Shown here: piece by piece, positions 45,482-59,439 of the stretch | Position numbering within the stretch: position 1 is the stretch's first letter | How the letters are laid out: every line of letters begins with the position of its first letter | From: Macrostomum lignano | Lineage: Eukaryota | DNA: 64,000 nt | Assembly (NCBI GenBank): GCA_002269645.1 | Contig: NIVC01000342.1 | Coordinates: 1-64,000 of the forward strand | Direction: 5' to 3' | The notes under the pieces: generated by a model | What the model was told of the DNA's origin: nothing | Seen by the model: only the letters and a program-made list of their open reading frames with translations | The model's database searches: none | Position numbers and translations under genes: made by a program

Positions 45482-48400
45482 ATCATTAATCGTCGCGATG
45501 CCTGCTGTCCCAGCGGCGGTGAAGGCGGCCGCGGTGGCGGCTACACCTGGAAATCGCTGATTCTCAGGCGCGGCTGTCCCGGCGCATCCTGGGGATTCAG
45601 TCTGATCTCTGGGAATCCCAACGCTCAGCTGCAGGTGAGACAGCGGCTTTGTTCAGGACAGTAGAGGGGATAGTAGAGGGGACAAGGGGGGCAGTAGAGG
45701 GGACAAGGGGGCAGTAGAGGGGACAAGGGGGGCAGTAGAGGGGACAAGGGGGGCAGTAGAGGGGACAAGGGGGCATTAGAGGGGACAAGGGGGCAGTAGA
45801 GGGCACAAGGGGCAGTAGAGGGGACAAGGGGGCATTAGAGAGGACAAGGGGGCAGTGGAGGGACAAGGGGGCAGTAGAGGGGACAAGGGGGTAGTAGAGG
45901 GGACAAGGGGGCAGTAGAGGGGACAAGGGGCATTAGAGAGGACAAGGGGGCAGTGGAGGGGACAAGGGGGCAGTAGAGAGGACAAGGGGGCAGTAGAGGG
46001 GACAAGGGGGCAGTAGAGGGGACAAGGGGGCAGTAGAGGGGACAAGGGGGGCAGTAGAGAGGACAAGGGGCAGTAGAGGGGACAGGGGGACAGTAGAGGG
46101 GACAAGGGGGGCAGTAGAGGGGACAAGGGGGCAGTAGAGGGACAAGGGGGCATTAGAGGGGACAAGGGGGGCAGTAGAGGGGACAAGGGGGCAGTAGAGG
46201 GGACAAGGAGGGCAGTAGAGGGGACAAGGGGGCAGTAGAGGGGACAAGAGGGACAGAAGAGGGGACAAGGGGGGCAGTAGAGGAGACAAGAGGGACAGAA
46301 GAGGGGACAAGTGGGACAGTAGAGGGGACAAGAGGGACAGAAGAGGGGACAAGGGGGGCAGTAGAGGGGACAAGGGGGCAGTAGAGGGGACAAGGGGGAC
46401 AGTAGAGGGGACAAGAGGGACAGAAGAGGGGACAAGTGGGACAGTAGAGGGGACAAGAGGGACAGAAGAGGGGACAAGGGGGGCAGTAGAGGGGACAAGG
46501 GGGCAGTAGAGGAGACAAGAGGGACAGAAGAGGGGACAAGTGGGACAGTAGAGGGGACAAGTGGGACAGTAGAGGGGACAAGGGGGGTAGTAGAGGGGAC
46601 AAGGGGAACATTAGTTGCCCATGGCGTCGTAGCCCTGCTGCTGCTGCAGTCCAATTTAAAATCCCTGAATAGGATATTTCGCACGCGCATGCAGGCATCT
46701 CCAGTGTTCTGTGGGAGAAAAAAGTGGCTAAAGGAGATGGAGAGAGAGAGAGAGAGAGAGGAGAAAGGGAGTCTATGGATTGTTCCCAGACCTGTTTGCC
46801 TTGGGATCCGCGAGGGTTTAGGCTGAGTCATCGCCAACTTGGGGACTATAAGGAAGGAGGGCATGTGATGAAGGTCTGTGCGCGCGTGTGTGTGTAAGCG
46901 GATTCAGCTTAGCTAACAGCTATAGCCATCATCTGCAGCTCAGCATTCTCGCACAGACCGCATGCTCTGGGCCGCCTGATTCTTCAACTCTCTGTCCCTT
47001 CTCTGCGGCTACCGGCTCCCGCCGTGTTGTAGCCTGAAAACTCTCCTCACAACTTGAATGCTGATGGCGACAATGCAGCGGAGGCAAGTGGCAGCTGAGA
47101 TGCTTGAACTGCAGGCTGCCACTTGCCTCCGCTGGGAGAAAGGGAGAGTCGGTGAGCAGGAGATGGAGAGAGTGAAAGAGGGAACAGAAGAAAAAAGAGG
47201 GAGAGGGTAGGGAGACAGGGGAGGAGGGAGAGGGGTGAGAGGAAGGTGGAGAGAGACGGAGAGGGAGACAAATGGGAGGCAGAGAGGGTGAGCGGGAAAG
47301 GTTGAGGGAGAGGGTGAAAGGGAGAGGGAGGGGGTGAGAGAAGAGGGTGAAAAAGATAAGGAGGGAGAGCGTGAGAGGGAGAGTGAGAGGCTGAGAGGGA
47401 GAGGGAGAGGGTGAAAAGGAGAAGGAGGGAGAGGGACAGAAGGAGAGGGAGAGGGTGAGGAGGAGAGTGAGAGGGAGAGTGAAAGGGTGAGAAGGAGACA
47501 GATAGAGAGGGTGAGAAGGAGAGGGAGAGGGTGAGAGGGAGAGTGAGAGGGAGAGTGAGAGGGTGAGGGAGAGAGGGAGAAAGAAGGAGAGGGAGCCAGG
47601 GAGGGAGAGAGCGTGGAACAACCATTGTGGGGAGTCTGAGAGGACAAAGCCAGACAAGAAAGCGGCATTCTATTAAAAATTGTCCCTGGTGAAGCAACCC
47701 ATGAGATATTTTTGAAAAAGCAGAACCAGGCGGGTGGTTTGAAAAGTCCCGCAATTAGTTGCTACAGAAAAGGAAAAAAATAACTTTAAACTACAAAAAA
47801 GTTCGAATTTATCCTGACAATCGCTTGAACTCACGCAAATATGTGGAGCTGCTGCAAAGCCTCATTTAGTAGTTTCCAACAACCCCCAAAAATAATTTCG
47901 GAACTTCGGAGCAAAACAAAAAAATTGCATTCCGTCACGACATATCGAGCTGGAACTGCCATCGGAAATCGTTGGCGCCATTTTGCGTCCGCGCTCCATT
48001 CTCGTGCTTGGACACGCGAGCTCAAACACACACGCACACACACACACACAAAAACACACTCAAATCAGGATTCGATCCCTTCGGCTGATCCAAGGAGGCT
48101 TTGGAACGATCATCTGGATTGACAGCTCCTCGTCTAAGCAGATTGAAGCACAGATTAGATTTTAGCGCCACAGACTAGATTTTAGCGCCACAGACTAGAT
48201 TTTAGTGTCACAGATTAGATTTTAGTGTCACAGACTAGATTTTAGCGCCATAGACTAGATTTTAGTGTCACAGATTAGATTTTAGTGTCACAGATTAGAT
48301 TTTAGTGTCACAGATTAGATTTTAGTGTCACAGATTAGATTTTAGTGTCACAGATTAGATTTTAGTGTCACAGACTAGATTTTAGCGCCATAGACTAGAT

Positions 48401-50310
48401 TTTAGTGTCACAGATTAGATTTTAGTGTCACAGATTAGATTTTAGCGCCACAGACTAGATTTTAGTGTCACAGACTAGATTTTAGCGTCACAGATTAGAT
48501 TTTAGCGTCACAGACTAGATTTTAGCGCCACAGACTAGATTTTAGCGCCACAGATTAGATTTTAGTGTCACAGACTAGATTTTAGTGTCACAGATTAGAT
48601 TTTAGTGTCACAGATTAGATTTTAGTGTCACAGATTAGATTTTAGTGTCACAGACTAGATTTTAGTGTCACAGACTAGATTTTAGTGTCACAGATTAGAT
48701 TTTAGTGTCACAGATTAGATTTTGGTGTCACAGATTAAATTTTAGTGTCACAGATTAGATTTTAGTGTCACAGATTAGATTTTAGTGTCACAGACTAGAT
48801 TTTAGTGTCACAGATTAGATTTTAGTGTCACAGACTAGATTTTAGCGCCACAGACTAGATTTTAGCGTCACAGATTAGATTTTAGCGTTATAGATTAGAT
48901 TTTAGCCCCACAGACTAGATTTTAGCGCCACAGAATAGATTTTAGCGCCACAGACTAGATTTTAGCGCCACAGAATAGATTTTAGCGCCTGAGATTAGAT
49001 TCGAGCCACAGACTAGATTTTTGCTCCGCAGACAAGATTTTAGTGCCAGAGACTAGATTTTAGCGCATGCAATTTTTACTTTTATCTCGTTATTTTGCGG
49101 TGCTAGTTTTCTCGCAAAAATGAAACAATTTAAAGTTTTTCCAAGTCAATAAAAAGTTTGTTCAAACAGATGTTCCGATAAATTTCGCGGTAAATTACGA
49201 AAAAGCAGCAAACTGAGAATTTTTTATGAGTTGCTACAAGATAATCCCAGTTCTTCCCTCGGTTTTTCTCCCCAGCCTGACCCTGTGGGCAGATATTGGT
49301 TGTTTTCGGACCCCTGGGGGGATCGGGTTTTGAGTTCGTGTCCCAGCTGATTGGAAATCGTGACCGCTTGAAAATGCTTCGAATTTTCGATAGGAGATTA
49401 ACGCAGCTATGCTGGACACTCGGACCGCGAGTACATTTAACAGAATTTTGAATTGCTGCAAAGGAAATCACACTAGCCATTTTTGGAAGAGACCAAAAAT
49501 ATATGAGGGAGATAAGGAAGATAAGGGAGAGATGAGGGAGAGATGAGGGAGGGATGAGAGAGATGAGGGACATAAGGGAGGGATGAGAGAGAGATGACGG
49601 AGATAAGGGAGGGATGAGAGAGAGATGAGGGACATAAGGGAGGGATGAGAGAGAGATGAGGGACATAAGGGAGGGATGAGAGAGATGAGGGACATAAGGG
49701 AGGGATGAGAGAGAGATGAGGGAGATAAGGGAGGGATGAGAGAGATGAGGGAGATAAGGGAGGGATGAGAGAGAGATGACGTAAATAAGGGAGGGATGAG
49801 AGAGAGATGACGGAGATAAGGGAGGGATGAGAGAGAGATGAGGGACATAAGGGAGGGATGAGAGAGATGAGGGACATAAGGGAGGGATGAGAGAGAGATG
49901 AGGGAGATAAGGGAGGGATGAGAGAGATGAGGGAGATAAGGGAGGGATGAGAGAGAGATGACGTAAATAAGGGAGGGATGAGAGAGATGAGGGAGATAAG
50001 GGAGGGATGAGAGAGAGATGAGGGACATAAGGGAGGGATGAGAGAGATGAGGGAGATAAGGGAGGGATGAGAGAGATGAGGGAGAAATGAGGGAGAGGCA
50101 AGGGAGAGTTGAAGGGCGAGGAGAGGGTGAGATTATGTTTTGGAAAGGGGTTTTTCTTGAAGTAAATAAAAATGTACTTGAAAAAGTGTAAAATTAATAA
50201 ACCTCATTTTTTCAAAGGCCGGAGCGTCAATTACTGTACTCGTTGCCATGGTTACCAGGGACTCGCCAGCTTACTTGGCCGGACTGATGCCCGGAGATGG
50301 ACTTTTATGC
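45482..50310 (+). CDS. PDZ-domain protein, two internal exons (45482-45634, 50218-50310); rest of gene not located
   Basis: ttttttcag|IINRRD...KSLILRRGCPGASWGFSLISGNPNAQLQ|gtgaga joins in phase 0 to tcaaag|AGASITVLVAMVTRDSPAYLAGLMPGDGLLC|gtgagt, giving the GLGF-like loop and the SPA..AGL.PGD motif of PDZ domains. Confidence 0.8.
45660..46605. repeat. About 20-22 bp G-rich minisatellite right after the first PDZ exon
   Basis: Unit GTAGAGGGGACAAGGGGG(G)CA. Confidence 0.96.
47200..47610. repeat. Degenerate GA-rich tract
   Basis: GAGAGGGT/GAGAGGGA motifs. Confidence 0.85.
48155..49050. repeat. 20 bp minisatellite
   Basis: Unit TAGATTTTAG(T/C)G(T/C)CACAGA(T/C). Confidence 0.97.
49503..50100. 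repeat. About 29-31 bp GA-rich minisatellite
   Basis: Unit GAGGGA(G/C)ATAAGGGAGGGATGAGAGA(GA)GAT. Confidence 0.94.
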
Positions 50311-50349
50311 GTGAGTTCGGGCTTTTGATGGGGCCATGAAGTTTCTCTC

Positions 50350-50520
50350 AGCCTTCACAGTCTCCCACTCTCAGCTTCACAGCCTCCACTCTCAGCCTTC
50401 ACAGTCTCCACTCTCAGCCTTCACAGCCTCCACTCTCAGCTTTCATAGTTTTCACTCTTAGGCTTCACAGCCTTCACTCTCAGCCTGCACAGTCTCCACT
50501 CTCACCCTTCACTCTCAGCC
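50350..50520. repeat. Short degenerate CACTCTCAGCCTT-family repeat
   Basis: Related to the 13-mer at 52405-53135. Confidence 0.8.
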
Positions 50521-51072
50521 TGTCTTTCCCATTGTGCCAGCTGACTCACACTGACGGATGATAGTTACCAGGGCGATTCCGTCCAGTTGGCCAAACAGCC
50601 AAGGTCAGGAAAATTTGATTAAAGAAGCAACACTGCCGCTATTTACTCCACCCAAATTCCCCTCTTTGTTGCCGCAACAGCCGTTGGGTCAGGCCGGTTG
50701 CTTTGGCACACAAAAGACGCAGATTTGAATGCGTTAGTTTAATCATTAACCCAGCATTTCGACCCTCGCGGATGCTGGGAAGCGCCATTCCTCGGATCAC
50801 GTCGGAACCGCCGGCTATGAAATTCACGGAGAGTTGGGGGTTGCCAACCCGAGCCATTGTTTGTTTGTTTGCCTGTTGGAGTCGCAGAGGTCGCCATTGC
50901 TTTGTCCGGGGCGGCTGTCTGTTTACTGCCGCCATCGGCTCATCGTCGGATGGGGAAAAAGAGAAAAAATGTGAGGAGAGAAGAATGGAATGAAAATGGA
51001 GAGAAGAAACACAGGCAAAGAGAGAAACATGCAGAGAGACAGGCAGAGAGACGGGCAGAGAGACGGGCTTAG

Positions 51073-51735
<663 letters not shown>

Positions 51736-52404
51736 GAGAGAGGTGCAAGAGAGTCGCGCTGCTCAGAGCGGCACAAAATGCTTTACAATGGACAATAAGG
51801 ACTTGGCGCTACCCGAAGTCAGGGTGCCTCATTATTTTAGTCTTTGTTCTTAGCCGCCACCGTGACGGAAGGCGATTAGGTCGCAATCTGAATCCGGCAG
51901 GGGGGTTGAGACGGCAGGTTTTTCTTCGGCTCGGCTTTTTTACGATCAGAAATAAATATATTTTTATTATGCAACTTCCAATTTTAATTGCCCGAATAGG
52001 AGTGGGGAGGCCCAACAAGGCGGTGCAGACTGTAGCTGTGTTGTGACAGTTCACGAGGGGCCGCTTTTGGTGTCTCATCTCATCCTGTCTCCTCAAACGA
52101 GTTCACCGCTGGTGGGCAGTTAGCAGCAATAACATCGGGTAGTTCAACCAGTATATGGCCCCATTTTGCAGGGCGAGGCAGGCTTGGAAGTCTTTGTTTT
52201 TCCATCTGGTAACTGAAAGAAATGGTCTTTGTCTTGCTTGTTTGAAACTCTTGCTACATTGCCAGTGCGCTCTGTATTCTACGGCAAAAATAATTATTCC
52301 TTGCGAAGAATGGAATTGGGACAGATCCTTGGAAATGGAGTAAACACATCCTAATGTTCAGCTGAAGGCTGGGGAATGCTAACTCTGTTTATAGAAAATG
52401 TAGC

Positions 52405-53135
52405 GGCACTCACTCTCAGCCTTCACTCTCAGCTTTCACTCTCAGCCTTCACTCTCAGCCTTCACTCTCAGCTTTCACTCTCAGCCTTCACTCTCAGCCT
52501 TCATTCTCAGCCTTCACTCTCAGCCTTCACTCTCAGCCTTCATTCTCAGCCTTCACTCTCAGCCTTCACTCTCAGCCTTCACTCTCAGCCTTCACTCTCA
52601 GCCTTCACTCTCAGCCTTCACTCTCAGCTTTCACTCTCAGCCTTCACTCTCAGCCTTCATTCTCAGCCTTCACTCTCAGCCTTCACTCTCAGCCTTCATT
52701 CTCAGCCTTCATTCTCAGCCTTCACTCTCAGCCTTCACTCTCAGCCTTCACTCTCAGCCTTCATTCTCAGCCTTCATTCTCAGCCTTCACTCTCAGCCTT
52801 CACTCTCAGCCTTCACTCTCAGCCTTCACTCTCAGCTTTCACTCTCAGCCTTCACTCTCAGCCTTCACTCTCAGCCTTCACTCTCAGCCTTCACTCTCAG
52901 CCTTCACTCTCAGCCTTCACTCTCAGCCTTCACTCTCAGCCTTCACTCTCAGCCTTCACTCTCAGCCTTCACTCTCAGCCTTCACTCTCAGCCTTCACTC
53001 TCAGCCTTCATTCTCAGCCTTCACTCTCAGCCTTCACTCTCAGCCTTCACTCTCAGCCTTCACTCTCAGCCTTCACTCTCAGCCTTCACTCTCAGCCTTC
53101 ATTCTCAGCCTTCACTCTCAGCCTTCACTCTCACT
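52405..53135. repeat. 13 bp minisatellite
   Basis: Unit CACTCTCAGCCTT. Confidence 0.98.
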
Positions 53136-53694
53136 CGCATCTCAACTTTGTCTCAGGCATTTCAAAGTTGTAAATTTCCTTCGAATTCTGCATTATTGGA
53201 GTAAATTCGACTCTCTGCAAAAGAAAAGCCAATTGGAGATCTGAAGCAATGGCCCGCACTGCTGCCTCCTCTCCAAGATGCCATCAATTTCGTCCGAAAA
53301 CAGCAAAACCCAGAATTCTTATGCGCCAGACGCTGCGGGTCTGCCACGATCTCTCCCTACCCACCCCCCTAATTCTCTTTGATCCTGCCGCCAAAGAAAT
53401 GGCCCTCCAAATCGAGACAGAATTATTGAGGACAAGCGCCGAGCACAGTCAGAACCCCCCCTGACGTGTTTGGACAACCCAGCTCCTCCCCCCCGACCCC
53501 CCGACACCTCCCAGTGCGCACACGGCCGCCAGATGCTGCTGCTGGTTTCTGTGCCGAAAAAAACTGCGAAATTAAATCGCATTTCACAATCGGAATGCTG
53601 GCTGCTGGCCTTGCAGTGTTGAGGCGCTGTGCTTTATCTGTCCTTTGTACCCCAGTTTCCTAGCCGCCCACATACGGAGCGAAAGATAAGTCTG

Positions 53695-54465
53695 CTCTCA
53701 CCCTTCACTCCCACCCTTCACTCTCACCCTTCACTCTCTCCCTTCACTCTCTCGCTTCACTCTCTCCCTTCACTCTCTCCCTTCACTCTCTCCCTTCACT
53801 CTCTCCCTTCACTCTCTCCCTTCACTCTCTCCCTTCACTCTCTCCCTTCACTCTCTCCCTTCACTCTTTCCCTTCACTCTCTCGCTTCACTCTCTCGCTT
53901 CACTCTTTCCCTTCTCTCCTTTCACCCTCCCCTTTCACTCTCTCCCTTCACTCTCTCGCTTCACTCTCTCCCTTCACTCTCTCCCTTCACTCTCTCCCTT
54001 CACTCTTTCCCTTCACTCTTTCCCTTCACTCTCTCGCTTCACTCTCTCGCTTCACTCTTTCCCTTCTCTCCTTTCACCCTCCCCTTTCACTCTCTCCCTT
54101 CACTCTCTCGCTTCACTCTCTCCCTTCACTCTCTCCCTTCACTCTCTCCCTTCACTCTCTCCCTTCACTCTTTCCCTTCACTCTCTCGCTTCACTCTCTC
54201 GCTTCACTCTTTCCCTTCTCTCCTTTCACCCTCCCCTTTCACTCTCTCCCTTCACTCTCTCGCTTCACTCTCTCCCTTCACTCTCTCCCTTCACTCTCTC
54301 GCTTCACTCTCTCCCTTCACTCTTTCCCTTCACTCTCTCCCTTCACTCTTTCCCTTCACTGTCTCCCTTCACTCTCTCCCTTCACTCTCTCCGTTCACTC
54401 TCTCCGTTCACTCTCTCCATTCACTCTTTCCCTTCTCTCCTTTCACCCTCCTCTTTCACCCTTCT
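53695..54465. repeat. 13 bp pyrimidine-rich minisatellite
   Basis: Unit CTTCACTCT(C/T)TC(C/G). Confidence 0.96.
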
Positions 54466-55009
54466 GTTAATAATTGCTATCCCATATTCTAGATTTTATT
54501 CAACTCAGCTAATCCTAGCCGGAAACAAAGTTGCAGTCAGAGATGCTCACTCAGGTTCATCCAACACAGTTTAGGCGCACAAAAACCAAGAAGCAAGCCT
54601 TCCTCACCAGTTTATGGAGGGGCATATGGGGGAGCATATGGGCCATGATTTGGGTTATAAAACTCGAATAGCGCGTGGTCCATAACTACCGTATGAGCTG
54701 GTTTTTTTATTCGAACTTTGGTCGAACTTGTTTCGAAATCTAACATGCCGGTACCTATAAACTGATGGTTCATATAGCAAGGCTTTTATTGTACCAAACA
54801 GCAGCAATTATGATCAATAACTTGAGTCAGAGTCAGAGAGTCAGAGGGGAAAATCAGACCGGAGAGTCAATGCCAGTATTCTAATTTGTTTTTTTCTTCA
54901 GTAGAGCTGTAAATAGTTCATAACAATGCTATATACACTCGTTCCAGATATTTTCTGTTAAGTATGAACCTGGGCAGGTAGGGGGGTAGGTAAGGAGAGA
55001 GTTATAAGG

Positions 55010-56560
55010 GGAGTCAGAGTGGAGAGTCAGAGCGGGGAGAGTCAGAGCGGGGAGAGTCAGAGCGTAAAGTTAGAAGGGGGAGAGTCAGAGGGTAAAGTTA
55101 GAGGGGGGAGAGTCAGAGGGTAAAGTTAGAGGGGGGAGAGTCAGAGGGTAAAGTTAGAGGGGGGAGAGTCAGAGGGGAGAGTCAGAGGGGAGAGTCAGAG
55201 GGGAGAGTCAAAGGGGAGAGTCAAAGGGGAGAGTCAAAGGGGAGAGTCAAAGGGGAGAGTCAAAGGGGAGAGTCAAAGGGGAGAGTCAAAGGGGAGAGTC
55301 AAAGGGGAGAGTCAAAGGGGAGACTCAAAGGGGAGACTCAAAGGGGAGAGTCAGAGGGGAGAGTCAGAGGGGGAGAGTCAGAGGGGAGAGTCAAAGGGGA
55401 GAGTCAGAGGGGAGAGTCAGAGGGGGAGAGTCAGAGGGGGAGAGTCAGAGGGGGAGAGTCAGAGGGGGAAAGTCAGGGGGGGAGAGTCAAAGGGGGAGAG
55501 TCAGAGGGGAGAGTCAGAGGGGGAGAGTCAAAGGGGAGACTCAAAGGGGAGAGTCAGAGGGGAGAGTCAAAGTGGAGAGTCAGAGGGGGAGAGTCAAAGG
55601 GGAGAGTCAGAGGGGAGAGTCAGAGGGGGAGAGTCAGAGGGGGAGAGTCAGAGGGGGAGAGTCAGAGGGGAGAGTCAAAGGGGAGAGTCAAAGGGGAGAG
55701 TCAAAGGGGAGAGTCAAAGGGGAGAGTCAAAGGGGAGAGTCAAAGGGGAGAGTCAAAGGGGAGAGTCAAAGGGGAGAGTCAAAGGGGAGAGTCAGAGGGG
55801 GAGAGTCAGAGGGGGAGAGTCAGAGGGGGAGAGTCAGAGGGGGAGAGTCAGAGGGGAGAGTCAAAGGGGAGAGTCAAAGGGGAGAGTCAAAGGGGAGAGT
55901 CAAAGGGGAGAGTCAAAGTGGAGAGTCAAAGGGGAGAGTCAAAGGGGAGACTCAAAGGGGAGACTCAAAGGGGAGAGTCAGAGGGGAGAGTCAGAGGGGG
56001 AGAGTCAGAGGGGGAGAGTCAGAGGGGGAGAGTCAGAGGGGAGAGTCAGAGGGGAGAGTCAGAGGGGGAGAGTCAAAGGGGGAGAGTCAGAGGGGGAGAG
56101 TCAGAGGGGAGAGTCAGAGGGGGAGAGTCAGAGGGGAGAGTCAGAGGGGAGAGTCAAAGGGGGAGAGTCAGAGGGGAGAGTCAGAGGGGAGAGTCAAAGG
56201 GGAGAGTCAAAGGGGAGAGTCAGAGGGGAGAGTCAAAGGGGAGAGTCAAAGGGGAGAGTCAAAGGGGAGAGTCAAAGGGGAGAGTCAAAGGGGAGAGTCA
56301 GAGGGGAGAGTCAGAGGGGAGAGTCAGAGGGGGAGAGTCAGAGGGGAGAGTCAGAGGGGAGAGTCAGAGGGGAGAGTCAAGGGGAGAGTCAGAGGGGAGA
56401 GTCAGAGGGGAGAGTCAGAGGGGAGAGTCAAAGGGGAGACTCAAAGGGGAGAGTCAGAGGGGAGAGTCAAAGGGGAGAGTCAGAGGGGAGAGTCAAAGTG
56501 GAGAGTCAGAGGGGGAGAGTCAGAGGGGAGAGTCAAAGGGGAGAGTCAAAGAGGAGAGAA
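55010..56560. repeat. 13-14 bp purine-rich minisatellite
   Basis: Unit GGGG(G)AGAGTCA(A/G)A. Confidence 0.97.
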
Positions 56561-57659
56561 AAGAGAGTCGGACGGGAAGCAGTCCCCCATTGCAGCGGAG
56601 TGTGCAGAGAAGCAGCAAATTCAGGCCCAGCTGAACCTGTGGACTAAGACGGGAACTGAAGCAGGCGGAAGCAGGCGGGCCCAGAGCTGGTGACAATCCC
56701 ATAAACCCTGGCCATTGAATTCATTGCACACCGGATTTGTGGACAGAAAAACTGCGGGGCTGAGAAACTTCAATTAAAATCTATATTTATGATCGCTGAC
56801 AGCCGAAGCAAAGCCAAGTCCCAAGAAATGACTATTTAAATGACAAATAATGCAGAGATTGGAATTGAGGCTTGGCGCTGCAAGGCTGCTTTTGCATTGC
56901 TGCCCTGTCAGCAGCTCAGCAAGGCGGGACACTGGCGTAGATTGGAACTGGCTGATAAATCTTGATTTGTCAGATAAGACAGTTGCCTGGCTATAATGGG
57001 CGCCAGACTTTGCCGCAGTCCATTATCTCGCCCAGAGACCCAGCTGAGCTCAATCTCTATCAATGGAAATGTCAATACCGCTCACGCAAGTGGTCTCAGC
57101 GGGGGGCCGCGGGGGGCGGAGCATATTCGGCAATTATTCTCCGCCACGCACAATTTATTCTGAAATTTTCAAAGCCAATTTCCCGTTATAAATTAAAGAA
57201 TTTTTAAATTGCGCATTTAATATTCGCTAATTGGCTACTGACAGTAGACGCTAAGCGTATGAATATTGGCAATGGTTTAATAGGCTGCCCGCTATTGGAC
57301 GGCCAGTTTTGTGGGTTAGCAGTCTGCATTTAAAACCGGCCCAGTGAAGCGCGTCAGACATTGGCTGCCACATTGAAAGAACCGCAGCGAAATTGCGCCT
57401 GTTGAACTGCTTTTAATCGACATTAAGTGAATTTTTGACAATGAAATATTTCACTACGGAATAAACATTCGTACGCATAGCAAATCTTGAAAATAAATAA
57501 TTGGATATTGAAATAAGTCTTTGAATTGCTGCAGCAAAATGGACTTCGTCATTCTCAAGGTGAGCTATTTTTGCGTCTATAAATTTCTTAGGACTATAAA
57601 ATTTAACATTTGTGGATATTGGAGAGAGTTTGAAGAGGGAATGTGGGCGAGTAAGGGAG

Positions 57660-58040
57660 AGCTAGTGAGGGTAAAGTGAGGGTAGAGTGAGGTTAGAGTT
57701 AGGGGAGAGTGAGGGGAAAGTGAGGGTAGAGTGAGGTTAGAGTTAGGGGAGAGTGAGGGGAAAGTGAGGGTAGAGTGAGGTTAGAGTTAGGGGAGAGTGA
57801 GGGGAAAGTGAGGGTAGAGTGAGGTTAGAGTTAGGGGAGAGTGAGGGGAAAGTGAGGGAGGAGTGATGGGAGAGTGATGGAAAGTGAGGGAGAAGTGAGG
57901 GGAGAGTGAGGGTAGAGTGAGGGTAGAGTGAGGGTAGAGTAAGGGTAGAGTGACGGTAGAGTGAGGTAGAGTGAGGGGAGAGTGAGGGTAGAGTGAGGGG
58001 AGAGTGAGGGGAGAGTGAGAGGAGAGTGAGTGGAGTTAGA
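57660..58040. repeat. GAGTGAGGG-based G-rich repeat
   Basis: Includes about 4 copies of a ~41 bp unit AAAGTGAGGGTAGAGTGAGGTTAGAGTTAGGGGAGAGTGAG. Confidence 0.9.
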
Positions 58041-59439
58041 AGAGTCTGCGGCAGCCCGTGAGGGTAGCCCTGGCCCCTCAGTCTGGCACTAATTCAAGAG
58101 TTTCATTCTGACTTAGAAAGGCCCAGGCAAAGGCCCTGCGGGATTAGCATGGCTTATTGTAAAACCCTAACGACGTCGACTTTGCGTAGCGAGCCTGGTC
58201 AGATGCCGCCTCAGGGGGAACTCTTGGGGGGGGGAGGTCGGGCCAGCGGCGGGCTCGCAGATAACAGACTGACTGTCTGGAGCCGTGGCTGACTTCTGAA
58301 GCTGTAAAATGGTGCAGGTGGAGGCGAAGAGGGATGAAGCTGCTGGGGAGGAGGCCGGAGAAAAAACGCATATAATCCTTGCCCGCTGCCTGCGAACCCC
58401 AGCTGTAGCCCCCCCCCCCCAGCGAGTGGTAGCGAGACAGACGCGTAGAGGCTGCTACGGAGGCTGGGGGCGGGCCTTCGATGATGATGCCGGTTACGCC
58501 ATGGTAGATCGCCCGGGCCGCTGAGGGGGTAGGGAGAGGTGAATCGCTTGAAAAAAATTTTTTTTTGGCGCGTTGGTATTTTCCCAACGGCTATATAGCG
58601 TATAGTGTAGGGATCTGTGGGGGATGGATGGAGAATCTATGATCCAAGGTGAGTCAGCGCTAATATCCAGCCTAGCTGAACCGGCTGCCCTCCATCCTGG
58701 CATAGCCCAAGCAAACGCAAAAGCAACCCTAGGCTGAGGCTGTTAGTTAGCACACGGAATCAATAAAATATTGGGAAATTACTATTGATAGCGGCTAAAG
58801 AGAGGAGACGATAAAATTAGAGGCCCGCCTGTAGCAACTCTTAGTGCCCATCCAGAAAGGGGGTTGGTCTCCTCCTTCTTCTTCCAGGAGAAGATATAGT
58901 AACACTTGCCGAGCAGCCACCACCCACGAAGGTTTGTTTCGCTGGCTTTTGCGCAACATGTGGAACTGTGAACGAGTCTTGATTTGAGGCCTGAAGCCAA
59001 CGCCATGGCCTTCTTGGGTGTCATGAATTTATAGTCATTATAGTTAGACTGCAATGGTCTGTCAGGAAGACTCCTTTTTTGCTTCATTAAAAGTTTTTTA
59101 AATGCTTGATAACTTGATAGATATCTATAGGTGCATTGTAGAGCGGTGTCTGGCTAATATCCAGTATGTAAACCTGCCAATACCCGGATGTGGACCCTGG
59201 TTTAATCCGGCAATCTGTACAGACTTTAACCAAACAGTTTCAGTCTGAATGACTGACAGGCGCCCGGGCTTGAATTCAGATTGCAATCGGAGTCTGCCAG
59301 ATTCTGTTTACTATTCGCGAATTCCTAGAATTCGGCCATTGTTTATCGCTGGTATTGTGCCGCATGTCGGGGCAGAGGTGGATAAAAGAAGGACGGACAG
59401 GCTGGCTGTCCGCTAAGGGGCCACTGAGGTAGGCACTAC

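Noticed and set aside
57535-57559. Micro-exon (QNGLRHSQ or MDFVILK) continuing the PDZ gene
   Set aside because: Has AG/GTGAG flanks and a faint GLRH resemblance, but is too short to support and leaves the VNG strand unaccounted for.
58309-58524. 71-aa GC-rich ORF
   Set aside because: No recognisable domain or convincing splice sites.
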